Of a stretch of DNA of 64,000 bases, positions 55,125-63,878 are shown piece by piece (positions within the stretch are counted from its first letter, which is position 1; every line of letters starts with the position of its first letter). Location of the stretch: IMG/VR virus record IMGVR_UViG_3300046529_000477, positions 5,225-69,224 of that record. One strand, 5' to 3'. Below the pieces are notes generated by a model, which was not told the origin of the DNA, ran no database searches, and saw only the letters and a list, made by a program, of their open reading frames with translations. Source of the stretch: a virus. The position numbers were made by a program, and so were the translations under genes.

Positions 55125-55451
55125 ATGTCACAAGAAGCGACTACAATACCACCTAAAGGATTAGGAAGTTTAAGTTTAAATGATTTTTGGAAAAGTTTAT
55201 TGCTTGCAGCATTGACCAATGTTTTATTAGAATTATATACTATTATTCAAAGTGGGAATTGGCCTACACACGCTGATTTAATAACAATGACCAAAACAAC
55301 ATTTGCGATTATTTTAAGCTATCTATTAAAGAATTTGGGAACTAATAATGCAGGGCAATTACTTAAGAAAGATGTTTCTGTTGTAAGTGTTCCCGCAACC
55401 CAAGCAGCAGCAGCAAATATTCCACCTGTTTCTACGACAGCTAATCCATGA
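55125..55451 (+). CDS. Putative holin
   Basis: SL...DFWKSLLLAALT...LSYLLKN..TN..G; two hydrophobic helices. Confidence 0.6.
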   Translation: MSQEATTIPPKGLGSLSLNDFWKSLLLAALTNVLLELYTIIQSGNWPTHADLITMTKTTFAIILSYLLKNLGTNNAGQLLKKDVSVVSVPATQAAAANIPPVSTTANP

Positions 55452-55678
55452 AAAATGTAGATGTTTATAAAGTAGCATTTTTAATATTGGTATGTGTGTT
55501 TTGTTATATAATAATAATCGTAATAACCGGAATGGTAATGAGTAAAATACCAACAACAACAGATAACAAAGAGATACGCGAACAAATATTAGAAATGGTT
55601 GCAGGTATTCAAAGTAGTGTAACATTGATTTTAGGTTACAAATTAGGCAAAGCAACTAATAGCAAAAACGATATTTAA
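55448..55678 (+). CDS. Two-TM membrane protein (holin-like)
   Basis: Hydrophobic segments, ILGYKLG. Confidence 0.55.
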   Translation: MKNVDVYKVAFLILVCVFCYIIIIVITGMVMSKIPTTTDNKEIREQILEMVAGIQSSVTLILGYKLGKATNSKNDI

Positions 55679-55744
55679 GTTCTTTTTTTTAATACCCAAT
55701 GAAAGCGCATAAATTATTTTAGTAACAATTTAAAACAAAATGTT

Positions 55745-55906
55745 ATGCACTTACAGTTAACTATTGTTCAACGAACACTTTTGCAGAATATATTAGATGC
55801 AAAAGACATTGAACCGCCTCACGTAGAACTATTAAAAAGGATAGTCAAGGAACTAACAGAGGCATTGAGCCAAGACCATCCACAACATCCACATGGTTTT
55901 TCCTAA
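55745..55906 (+). CDS. Small hypothetical protein, 53 aa
   Basis: MHLQLTIVQRTLLQNILDAKDIEPPHVELLKRIVKELTEALSQDHPQHPHGFS with A-rich leader. Confidence 0.45.
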   Translation: MHLQLTIVQRTLLQNILDAKDIEPPHVELLKRIVKELTEALSQDHPQHPHGFS

Positions 55907-55956
55907 TGTAATTTTGTTAATGACTATTTACCTCATAGTTAGACCCAAACATCCAC

Positions 55957-56355
55957 ATGGCTATGTATAAATTTTATATTCTGATAGCTCTTTGTTTCAT
56001 TACAGTTGTGGATTTTACAGGTTATGCTAACTATCAAAATGCGTTCTGGGAATACGCTTATTTTATAACTGAAAAAGCATCATGGATATGGTTTTTGGCA
56101 ATCTTTTTTGATTGGGTAAGATTTTTGCACATAGATTTAGATATTAAGATTAAAGTAAGAAAATCGCTTAAAGGCTTAATAGGTTTGTTTTTAATTAGAA
56201 TTTTATGGGAAATAGTTTCCATTATCAAAGGGTACGACTTCATGCTGCAAAAATCCACAAGTTCCATATACCTTATACTCGTATCATGCTACATTTTTTT
56301 AGTGATATTGTGGATAAACAACTTCACATTTTGGAAGCAAAGGGGGCTTGGGTAA
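55957..56355 (+). CDS. Multi-TM membrane protein
   Basis: About four hydrophobic helices. Confidence 0.6.
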   Translation: MAMYKFYILIALCFITVVDFTGYANYQNAFWEYAYFITEKASWIWFLAIFFDWVRFLHIDLDIKIKVRKSLKGLIGLFLIRILWEIVSIIKGYDFMLQKSTSSIYLILVSCYIFLVILWINNFTFWKQRGLG

Positions 56356-56570
56356 TTTTACCAATTTTCGGGGTTAATTGCTACTTAATGGCATGGTTTG
56401 TTGATATTCACATTTGGTCAGACAGTTTCGATCTGATTAAAAACATAGCATTGTCATTAATAGGTATTGCAATGGGCATAATGGGATGCGTAAATACTTT
56501 TTTAGCTATGAAACAACGCATTAAAAAATACAAAGAGGAAAATAAAACCAACAAAAAGAAAGCAGCTTAA
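56205..56570 (+). CDS. Membrane protein (true start probably downstream)
   Basis: Two TM segments and a basic C-terminal tail, holin-like. Confidence 0.5.
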   Translation: MGNSFHYQRVRLHAAKIHKFHIPYTRIMLHFFSDIVDKQLHILEAKGAWVILPIFGVNCYLMAWFVDIHIWSDSFDLIKNIALSLIGIAMGIMGCVNTFLAMKQRIKKYKEENKTNKKKAA

Positions 56571-56601
56571 TTATTATTTATTCATCTCAAAATTAAATTT
56601 T

Positions 56602-57045
56602 ATGTCATTTTTTGATTTCCATTGGTTCACAGATTTATTCAATTCTGCTGAAAAGGCTTGGCACAAGTTAGAGCCACAAGTACAAAATGCTTTAATTCAT
56701 GGTTCAGGAGTGGTTAAAGTTATCAACGATAATCTCCAGGCAACACCCCAAGTAATATTTGATTTAATAGACAAAAAGTTTCCTGATTTAACAAAAGAAA
56801 ATCTTACCGAAGGATTAGCCAAAGTAAGTGCTTCGTTTGGCATTGCGGAAGCCGTAGATAGCCCCGATATACTTACTCTTATACAAAACCTACAAAAGTA
56901 TTTTTCAGGTTTAAAAGGCAAATTTTGGGAAGCAGCAGCTTCTACTATTTCTCAAGTTTTAGCGATTGCATTAGCACCGGATGAAACACCGATGGCAAAG
57001 ATTGTGCAGTTAATTGAGTTTGTTTTCCGCAAGAAGTTACCATAA
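56602..57045 (+). CDS. Hypothetical protein
   Basis: Last ORF of the rightward late unit. Confidence 0.6.
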   Translation: MSFFDFHWFTDLFNSAEKAWHKLEPQVQNALIHGSGVVKVINDNLQATPQVIFDLIDKKFPDLTKENLTEGLAKVSASFGIAEAVDSPDILTLIQNLQKYFSGLKGKFWEAAASTISQVLAIALAPDETPMAKIVQLIEFVFRKKLP

Positions 57046-57191
57046 TAATTTCCTTTGATAAACCACAAATAAATAACCCCCAATTAAAAGAAGAACATAA
57101 GCCAGAAATGACAGATATTTTAGATAAATATGAATAAATAAAAATGCCGTTCTGCTACTAACAGACGGCATATTATAAATTTTGGAACAAA

Positions 57192-57263
57192 AGGCGTGTA
57201 GCTCAATGGACAGAGCGTCACTTAACTTGGTGAAGGTTGCAAGTTCGACCCTTGCCACGCCTC
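57192..57263 (+). tRNA. tRNA-like gene with non-canonical anticodon loop
   Basis: AGGCGTG/CACGCCT acceptor, GCTC/GAGC D stem, GCAAG-TTCGACC-CTTGC T arm; anticodon arm TCACT-TAACTT-GGTGA has a 6-nt loop. Confidence 0.65.
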
Positions 57264-57463
57264 ACTTTTGCTTTGTAAAGATAGCAATTAAACACAAAAA
57301 GGCAAAATTAATTTGCCTTAAATTGTTCGGTAATGTTAGATAGTAATTGTATGCTATCGCTCACATTAGAGGTTTAGCAAGTTTCTTAGCCCATTACTTT
57401 GAAATTACACGCTAACATACATTATCCGTCGTGACAGCAACATCCCACTTTCGCCGAGTGGTT

Positions 57464-57493
57464 GCCCCGTTTTTACGGGGCTTTGTTGTTTTG
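57464..57493 (+). terminator. Intrinsic terminator
   Basis: GCCCCGT-TTTT-ACGGGGC followed by TTTGTTGTTTT. Confidence 0.65.
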
Positions 57494-57501
57494 TAAAGAT
57501 A

Positions 57502-57809
57502 CGATTGAAGCAAGAATTAGACAAAATGCAGCTAATAGAAGTTATTCTGTTATTTTAGGACAAGTTACCGAACATCTTATACCATTTCATACCAAATTTC
57601 CTTTTAATCCAAAAGATTCAAGATTCATTGGAAGTCCTATTGATTTAATAGTATTTGATGGAGTTTCAGACGAATTAGACGAAGTGACTATTTATTTTGT
57701 TGAAATCAAAACAGGCAGAGGTTATTTATCTTCCAAACAAAAAAAGATAAAAGATGCAGTAGATAACAATCGTGTTAAATGGCATTTAGTTAAAGCAGAT
57801 GAAATTTGA
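57502..57809 (+). pseudogene. Holliday-junction-resolvase-like (Endonuc_Holl type) nuclease, apparently 5'-truncated
   Basis: RS.SVILGQVTEHL.P....PFNPKDSRFIGSPIDLIVFDG...FVEIKTG; upstream frame runs through a terminator. Confidence 0.7.
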
Positions 57810-57929
57810 CAGGCTGCATCTTCATCAGTTTTATCTATACAAACCCATTTTGGTTTTTTTTCTTTTAACCTTCTCAAAATTTCCTTTTCGTAATCTTCAA
57901 TAATTTTTTGATTTTCCATTTTTTAGTTT

Positions 57930-58034
57930 TTATGCTTTAACATGTATATAGTTACCTGCTAATCCAATCCCTGAAATTAAAAAGCACCCAATACAAATTG
58001 CCCTCATTATAGCATACACATTTGGATTAATCAT
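57930..58034 (-). CDS. Single-TM microprotein, 34 aa
   Basis: MINPNVYAIMRAICIGCFLISGIGLAGNYIHVKA. Confidence 0.5.
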   Translation of the reverse strand: MINPNVYAIMRAICIGCFLISGIGLAGNYIHVKA

Positions 58035-58035
58035 T

Positions 58036-58140
58036 TTAGAAAAGTTTATAAAGTAACATGATTTCAATCATAAATAAAGCAGCAATTAGAACATACGTAA
58101 AAATTGCAGCTATGTTGTAGGTTTTTGTTTTTGTAGTCAT
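58036..58140 (-). CDS. Single-TM microprotein, 34 aa
   Basis: MTTKTKTYNIAAIFTYVLIAALFMIEIMLLYKLF. Confidence 0.5.
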   Translation of the reverse strand: MTTKTKTYNIAAIFTYVLIAALFMIEIMLLYKLF

Positions 58141-58147
58141 AATTGTT

Positions 58148-58510
58148 TTATTGAATAAAAGCATGAATTAATTTAAGTGTATCAGGTAAAGGATAAGCAA
58201 CTCCATAAGGTTGCCAACTACCATTTACTAATTTATAATCCCTAATAGCTATTATATGCGATTTATGCCATTGGTAACCATGAATGATAGTAAGTGTATC
58301 TGGCTTTGAATGAGGTTCACCAATCGCTTGCCAATGCCCATTTTGATTAAGTTCATAATCTTGCACCCTTGTAAGTTTGGGTTGAACAGTACAACCAAAA
58401 AAAAGCATAAATACCAAAGGATGCCAATGAGTCTTTAAAAATGTTCTTATTCCCTTCTTAGTTAGTAATAATGAAAGAAAAAATATCTTTATCTTATGTT
58501 TTGTTTTCAT
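58148..58510 (-). CDS. Possible lipoprotein with two internal repeats
   Basis: LVFMLFFGC lipobox-like; DY.L..NG.WQ..G.....PDTL..IH twice. Confidence 0.55.
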   Translation of the reverse strand: MKTKHKIKIFFLSLLLTKKGIRTFLKTHWHPLVFMLFFGCTVQPKLTRVQDYELNQNGHWQAIGEPHSKPDTLTIIHGYQWHKSHIIAIRDYKLVNGSWQPYGVAYPLPDTLKLIHAFIQ

Positions 58511-58595
58511 GAAATATAATTTTATATACCATAACAAAAATGATAATTATAAGCAAACCGGCTATTACTGCTAATACAGTTAAAACATTTCCCAT
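58494..58595 (-). CDS. Single-TM microprotein, 33 aa
   Basis: MGNVLTVLAVIAGLLIIIIFVMVYKIIFHENKT. Confidence 0.5.
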   Translation of the reverse strand: MGNVLTVLAVIAGLLIIIIFVMVYKIIFHENKT

Positions 58596-58600
58596 ATCTA

Positions 58601-58882
58601 TTAAATATAATGTAATAATAAATCTTGAAGTTTAGTATTAAATTCATCTTCTGTAATTTTTACTGCATATACATGAGTAAGTTCCAGGATAGCTATTTGC
58701 GATTCCCACAAACCTATCCGGCAAGACAATTCAAATTCATCTTCTCTATCCCTATACATTAGAACTTCTATATTGTCTTTAACTGGAGTAAAGCGATAAT
58801 AACCACGATCAGCAAAGCACACATAGCGAGTTTCATTTAAAACTACTTCTCTTGTTTCTGTTTTTTGAATTTCGATTAACAT
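58601..58882 (-). CDS. Hypothetical early protein
   Basis: A-rich leader, operon-packed. Confidence 0.55.
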   Translation of the reverse strand: MLIEIQKTETREVVLNETRYVCFADRGYYRFTPVKDNIEVLMYRDREDEFELSCRIGLWESQIAILELTHVYAVKITEDEFNTKLQDLLLHYI

Positions 58883-59134
58883 AGTTGTTTGTTTTTAAAG
58901 TTAAAAATTATTTTTAATATAATAAGGCAATTACATTGTAGTTGCTATTATTCAGTTTTTATTTGTATTCAGGATGAGATTTTAAAAACAATTTATATTC
59001 TGCATCCAGATCAATCTTTACAAGTGTATCTGTAAATTTATTTTTTAGCCATTTAATAAATGCTTTACCTTCAGATAATTTATAAAGGTCTTTATTACTG
59101 ATAATTGATAAAACCGTTTTCATGTTTTTAGTTT

Positions 59135-59359
59135 TTAAATATGTGAATAAATACGCATTCCCCTGCGTTCATTAAGTTCATTAATTAGCTCATTTACTTT
59201 TCTTTTAAAGTCTCGTGTATCTTTACGACATAACGGCATTACATTGTAGTAATCAATTGCCTGGTCAATCATTTCCATAAGGTCAATGTTACAAACAGGC
59301 ATTTCAAAATCTTCCGCTAATATGCACCCTTGTAGGTTTGTTGTTGTTTCTTGTTTCAT
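59135..59359 (-). CDS. Hypothetical early protein
   Basis: Likely start MKQETT. Confidence 0.55.
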   Translation of the reverse strand: MKQETTTNLQGCILAEDFEMPVCNIDLMEMIDQAIDYYNVMPLCRKDTRDFKRKVNELINELNERRGMRIYSHI

Positions 59360-59363
59360 GGCT

Positions 59364-59723
59364 TTATTGTTTTGTTTTATCGATTGCGAATCCTGCTTCA
59401 ATTAACCCAAATAAATCAAAGTGTTTTGAGAGAAGATATTTATACATTTCTGCACTGAATTGGTATTCACCAAATTCTTTAACAGGCAAGTGTAAATAGG
59501 AAACCTCTTGATATTCTTTATCTGTCATATCACTTAATGGGCGAAGGATTGGTTTGATTTTAATATAATCTACCGACCATTTGTATAAAAATTGATAATC
59601 CAAGTAAAACACTCCCTCTTGCTTTAAGAGAGTTTTATCAGCCATAATAATAGTATATTCAAATTGACATCCCAAATACAAATGCAGATAATCTTTCATG
59701 TTCATGGTTTTATTGTTTTTCAT
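59364..59723 (-). CDS. Conserved Bacteroidota phage protein
   Basis: IKPILRPLSDMT...YLLSKHFDLFGLIEAG.AID. Confidence 0.7.
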   Translation of the reverse strand: MKNNKTMNMKDYLHLYLGCQFEYTIIMADKTLLKQEGVFYLDYQFLYKWSVDYIKIKPILRPLSDMTDKEYQEVSYLHLPVKEFGEYQFSAEMYKYLLSKHFDLFGLIEAGFAIDKTKQ

Positions 59724-59914
59724 TTTAATAATTGTTTAGGAATATGCCAAGATGATTGCTTAAGCATTTCAAATATTCTGCTTTGTGTTGATTCTGAAAG
59801 TTTTAATATCAAATCAATATCTGATGAAGAAAATTGACAAGACTTTAAACAATCTCGTTTAATTTTTTCTTTTTCACTTACGTATCCCCAATCTATATAA
59901 ATAGACTCATTCAT
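59720..59914 (-). CDS. Hypothetical early protein
   Basis: ATGA overlaps on both sides. Confidence 0.5.
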   Translation of the reverse strand: MNESIYIDWGYVSEKEKIKRDCLKSCQFSSSDIDLILKLSESTQSRIFEMLKQSSWHIPKQLLK

Positions 59915-60264
59915 GATTCTATTGTGTTAGGTGGATTAGATTCTACCCACCAGTTTACAAATTCAGAAGTAGTTAATAGAATAGAATCAAATTTATTTTC
60001 TCCCCTATTTCTAAATACCTTATTGTTTAAGACTTGACATTCAGACCATTTGCCCTCAATTTTGAACGGGTAAAAAATTAAACTTTCTATCTTTTCTACA
60101 ACAGCCATTAATAACGGCCATGATTCATTAAAAAAAGGGTTTGGATACCATTCATTCTCTACATGGTGAATTAAATCTTGCGTTCCCATAGAGAATTTCA
60201 TAATGCAAAAATCTTGTCCCATAAATTGAATGAATGATTTTGCTGTTGCTTTATCTATATTCAT
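59911..60264 (-). CDS. Hypothetical phage protein, similar to 743..1054
   Basis: SWPLLMAVVEKIE motif. Confidence 0.6.
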   Translation of the reverse strand: MNIDKATAKSFIQFMGQDFCIMKFSMGTQDLIHHVENEWYPNPFFNESWPLLMAVVEKIESLIFYPFKIEGKWSECQVLNNKVFRNRGENKFDSILLTTSEFVNWWVESNPPNTIES

Positions 60265-60266
60265 AA

Positions 60267-60497
60267 TTAATCTATTAAAATATTATATAATTGTTCAAAT
60301 GTTATGCTATTCAAAGAGGGACAAACAAAGATTAAAACACCATCTAAGGTAAGTTTATAATATCCTCCTTGTGATTTAAATAAACAATCACGCAAAGAGT
60401 TATAAGAAGCAAATGAATGCACAGCTCTCGTTGTTTTAACTATATCGGTAGGCTTTAATTTTCTTAAACTGCCATTAAGCCAAATTTGCAATTCCAT
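60267..60497 (-). CDS. Hypothetical early protein
   Basis: Shared leader motif. Confidence 0.5.
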   Translation of the reverse strand: MELQIWLNGSLRKLKPTDIVKTTRAVHSFASYNSLRDCLFKSQGGYYKLTLDGVLIFVCPSLNSITFEQLYNILID

Positions 60498-60580
60498 AAT
60501 AATAATTTTTAAAAGTGAAGTTTAAAAAATTGGATAGTATAGAAATACCATCCTCTTTGAACCAAAACTAATTTCTTTGT

Positions 60581-60907
60581 TTATATATCTTGTTCTAATG
60601 ATTGTAAATTATTTATTGTCTTTATCCATTCAGATACATAAGCAGATATATATCCTTTTTGAATATTGCCATAACTAACATCATTAGCGTTTAATAATCC
60701 TTTTCTATCATTATTGCAAGCATCAAAAACAGTAAGTCTAAAATCATTTGAAAATGAATTTTCCGCATAAACCCTAACCCAACAGTTAGGGAATTTATAA
60801 GAGTTTATAATTTCAGCTTTTACTTTTTGGCCTGTTATATTTGAAATAGCTTTTTTTAATGAGATATTAAAAGCCTTTGCATTACTTATATCTATATTGT
60901 TATTCAT
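60581..60907 (-). CDS. Hypothetical early protein
   Basis: Shared leader motif. Confidence 0.55.
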   Translation of the reverse strand: MNNNIDISNAKAFNISLKKAISNITGQKVKAEIINSYKFPNCWVRVYAENSFSNDFRLTVFDACNNDRKGLLNANDVSYGNIQKGYISAYVSEWIKTINNLQSLEQDI

Positions 60908-60919
60908 GATTAATAGTTT

Positions 60920-61186
60920 TTAAAGTGATTGTAAGTGTTTTCTGTTTTTCAAAATACGTAAATCAGTATAACCAATACTTCTAAGTTCATTTAATAGGGG
61001 CTTATATTCTTCTTCATTTGCCGGTAATTGTTCTTTAATCCAATCAATATGAGCGCAGGAATGTTGCCCATTATGAGCATAACAAGTGACAGTATCATTA
61101 CTAAAAGTTGTCCAATAGTCTTTAGGGAATATTGCCACTATTTCACCGGATTCATTATCCTTTACGAATTTTACTAAAGTTTTCAT
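60920..61186 (-). CDS. Conserved small phage early protein
   Basis: AIFP....CYAHNGQHS....PA.EEEYKPLL.EL.SIGY. Confidence 0.65.
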   Translation of the reverse strand: MKTLVKFVKDNESGEIVAIFPKDYWTTFSNDTVTCYAHNGQHSCAHIDWIKEQLPANEEEYKPLLNELRSIGYTDLRILKNRKHLQSL

Positions 61187-61499
61187 GTTTTTAAATTTTG
61201 ATTGTTAAGAAATAGCTCCCAAAAAAATAGAGAGCATAATAATAACATATAGCAATCCTACTATAATGTTTATGTCTTTATTTGTTTTCATGGCTAAAAG
61301 TTTTATGATTTAAAAAAATATGCTTTTAATTCTTTAGGTACATTACCGTTATAATATCTATTGGCAAATTTCTTTTTGGCTTCTTTACAAGTCTTTGCCT
61401 GGTCTGTACTGCATAGATAAGTACCATTTAAAAACAAGTCTATTTTATAGCACTTTGTTTGATTGTTATATTTTTTCATGATTACAGTTTTTAAAGTGA

Positions 61500-61706
61500 T
61501 TAAACGTTTATTGTTTTAGTGAAGTTTGGCGGGATTGATAAATTGATTACTGAAATTCTTAAACGGTTATATCCGTTCTTATCCGCCCAGGCTTTACCTT
61601 TATTCATTATTTTATCTTTATTTACATATCCTTTACATTGGTATAGAATTTCTTCCATATAATCAGGCTGATCTATTTTGCAGCCATATAATAATGTTTC
61701 AATCAT
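61500..61706 (-). CDS. Hypothetical early protein
   Basis: Shared leader motif. Confidence 0.55.
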   Translation of the reverse strand: MIETLLYGCKIDQPDYMEEILYQCKGYVNKDKIMNKGKAWADKNGYNRLRISVINLSIPPNFTKTINV

Positions 61707-61727
61707 AACGATAGTTTTTAAAAGTGA

Positions 61728-62252
61728 TTAATTAATTTGGATCAGTTTGCCATTAGAATAAAATTCGTATTCATTAGCTTCAATAGTTTCGGTTATTGCT
61801 TCTTTACTTGTTAAGTAATCGTATTCTTTAGAAAGTATAATCCGATAATCTTCGCAAAGTGATTTTAAAAATTCATTTTCTAATTCCTGTAATTTATCTT
61901 CGGACTCAGCACTTTCATATTTGTCTGAATTTTCGTTCATGTATTCACTAAAAACCAGCTGCCATTCATTCATAAAAGATTGAGCAGTTTTATAAGTTTC
62001 GCAGCTTTCGCCATGATCCCTAAAAATGTTTTGTGCAACTTCATTCGCGGCAAGTGTAAATTCAGCATTTACATAAGATGCTCTATCAATATCAAACGAC
62101 TTAATTTTTAAACCTATATTTTCAGCATCATCATAAGTAAAATCCCACCAATTATTATCTACATTAATATCATAAAGACTTTCAATAGCTGCGTCTTTTG
62201 CATCGTTACTAAGTTCATTAAACTTGTAAACTTTTGTTCTTATCGTTCTCAT
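61728..62252 (-). CDS. Acidic conserved phage early protein
   Basis: VYKFNELS..AK..AI...EYDYLTS.EAI.ETIEANEYEF...G. Confidence 0.65.
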   Translation of the reverse strand: MRTIRTKVYKFNELSNDAKDAAIESLYDINVDNNWWDFTYDDAENIGLKIKSFDIDRASYVNAEFTLAANEVAQNIFRDHGESCETYKTAQSFMNEWQLVFSEYMNENSDKYESAESEDKLQELENEFLKSLCEDYRIILSKEYDYLTSKEAITETIEANEYEFYSNGKLIQIN

Positions 62253-62369
62253 GTTATTTTTTACGCCTGTTATAGACTGCGCCTGTCTTTAATTTTTAAA
62301 AATTAGAAGGTAATATTACATATCCTGAATTAAGACTAAAGAAGTCTTTTATATAGTTTAATAGCTTTT

Positions 62370-62615
62370 TCATGGTTTGATGTTTAACTGATTTCTTAAA
62401 TTGATTGAATTGTTTACAACAATGGAAAAGCTATCCGGTTGACTTCTTCTTAATCCTTTGCCTTTAACATGATACTCAACATAATAAACATAATTAGGAG
62501 TATTGACTAATGATTGTAATAAAGATGCAAACTGAAATGCCTCTACCTTGCTTTTAACAGTAGCAACAATCGTTTCATTGTTAAAAGGATCAACTAAAAT
62601 TACTTTTGATTTCAT
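62370..62615 (-). CDS. Hypothetical early protein
   Basis: Shared leader motif. Confidence 0.5.
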   Translation of the reverse strand: MKSKVILVDPFNNETIVATVKSKVEAFQFASLLQSLVNTPNYVYYVEYHVKGKGLRRSQPDSFSIVVNNSINLRNQLNIKP

Positions 62616-62675
62616 AAAATAAGTTTTTAAAATAGTGATTATAAAAAAAGAAAAACAGTTATTAACGAAAAGTGA

Positions 62676-62960
62676 TTAATTGTTTTTAAGTTCATTTATT
62701 AATTGAGTCATTTTTTCAGCTTCGCCGGAATACATTTGAAATACTATTCCGCCGCCATATTGTTTATTATGAAATTTCTTGCCGCCAATTTTATTAGCTC
62801 TCTTAACTGCTAATTGATATAATTGTTTATAGTTATCAATTCCATAACTATTACGTTCTTCATCAGTAAGAAATTTAAAGAAATGACATACATAACGAGG
62901 ATTACCATTAATGTCATTATTTACCCTTGTAAATTCGATTATTTTATTAGTAGTTTCCAT
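62676..62960 (-). CDS. Conserved phage early protein
   Basis: ND.NGNPRYV.HF...GGKKFHNKQYGGGIVFQ. Confidence 0.65.
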   Translation of the reverse strand: METTNKIIEFTRVNNDINGNPRYVCHFFKFLTDEERNSYGIDNYKQLYQLAVKRANKIGGKKFHNKQYGGGIVFQMYSGEAEKMTQLINELKNN

Positions 62961-62980
62961 GATTGTAAGTTTTATTGTTA

Positions 62981-63217
62981 TTAAAGTTCGTTAAACCAGT
63001 CCTTAACATAGGTTACTTTAGAAAAGTTATTAATTATATACTTAACTACATCTATATATTCTTTAGTTTGATTGTTGGTTAATTCAAGTAAAATATCATC
63101 TTTAGCAGTTTCATAATCATTGAATAAGGCAACAAGTTTTCTTGTCCTAAGCATATCAAGATATTTAGTTAATAGCTTTACATATCCTTGTGGATTAATT
63201 TCATTTTCTGTTTCCAT
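62981..63217 (-). CDS. Hypothetical early protein
   Basis: Start METENE shares a 21-nt leader/start with 62676..62960. Confidence 0.55.
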   Translation of the reverse strand: METENEINPQGYVKLLTKYLDMLRTRKLVALFNDYETAKDDILLELTNNQTKEYIDVVKYIINNFSKVTYVKDWFNEL

Positions 63218-63251
63218 GATTGTAAGTTTTAAAAAGTGATTAATTAAAGCA

Positions 63252-63284
63252 CAAAGATAAATCAACTTTCAACTTTAAACCAAA
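63252..63284 (-). promoter_or_regulatory. Consensus Bacteroidota sigma-70-type promoter
   Basis: TTTG-N21-TATCTTTG on the minus strand. Confidence 0.75.
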
Positions 63285-63323
63285 TAAACAATGTTAAATC
63301 TTTTTAACAATTTGTAAAATAAT

Positions 63324-63515
63324 TTATTTCTTAATCCAAATACCTTCTTTACCCTTATCTATGTAATTAAATGATAATTGCTTTCCTTCTCTTTTATTAG
63401 CTGCAATCAATTTATAAATATATTGTACTGATACAGGAAAACCACGCCTATTATAAATAGTTTGCGCAAATTCTCTAACTGGTATTAAATTATTATGTGC
63501 CTTAGGTTTATTCAT
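63324..63515 (-). CDS. Small HTH-like DNA-binding protein
   Basis: LIPVREFA........VSVQYIYKLI. Confidence 0.55.
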   Translation of the reverse strand: MNKPKAHNNLIPVREFAQTIYNRRGFPVSVQYIYKLIAANKREGKQLSFNYIDKGKEGIWIKK

Positions 63516-63841
63516 TTATAACCAACATTTTTTCTTTGATGTAAAATATTACCTGCTTTTACTAAGAGATCATAAAATAATTGCTCATAATAATCAGCTT
63601 CATTTTTTGAGCAAGTACATAAAATAATATATTCAACATTTTTTCCTTCATTAAGAATATTTAAAATAGTTTCATTTTTGGATAAAGTATGTCTAAAAGT
63701 TTTTTGTGTTATTTGAGGATATTTTGCATTAGTGATATGTACTTTAGTTCGTTCTAAAACTGCATCCCTTGTGCATCCTATATAAAATATCCTTTTACTT
63801 CTTGTGTCAATTAATCCATAGACATTACAAAGCTCATTCAT
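63512..63841 (-). CDS. GIY-YIG nuclease-family protein
   Basis: VYGLID......FYIGCT......R...H...E. Confidence 0.75.
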   Translation of the reverse strand: MNELCNVYGLIDTRSKRIFYIGCTRDAVLERTKVHITNAKYPQITQKTFRHTLSKNETILNILNEGKNVEYIILCTCSKNEADYYEQLFYDLLVKAGNILHQRKNVGYK

Positions 63842-63845
63842 TATG

Positions 63846-63878
63846 CAAATATAAATCAACTTTCAACTTTCACCCAAA
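63846..63878 (-). promoter_or_regulatory. Consensus Bacteroidota sigma-70-type promoter
   Basis: TTTG-N21-TATATTTG on the minus strand. Confidence 0.75.

Noticed and set aside
55884-55960. 13-nt direct repeat AACATCCACATGG
   Set aside because: Only two copies 64 nt apart with no element between them; no function can be supported
57037-57258. Minus-strand 73-aa ORF
   Set aside because: Its first part is the reverse complement of the tRNA-like gene; only a shorter TM peptide from about 57171 is possible
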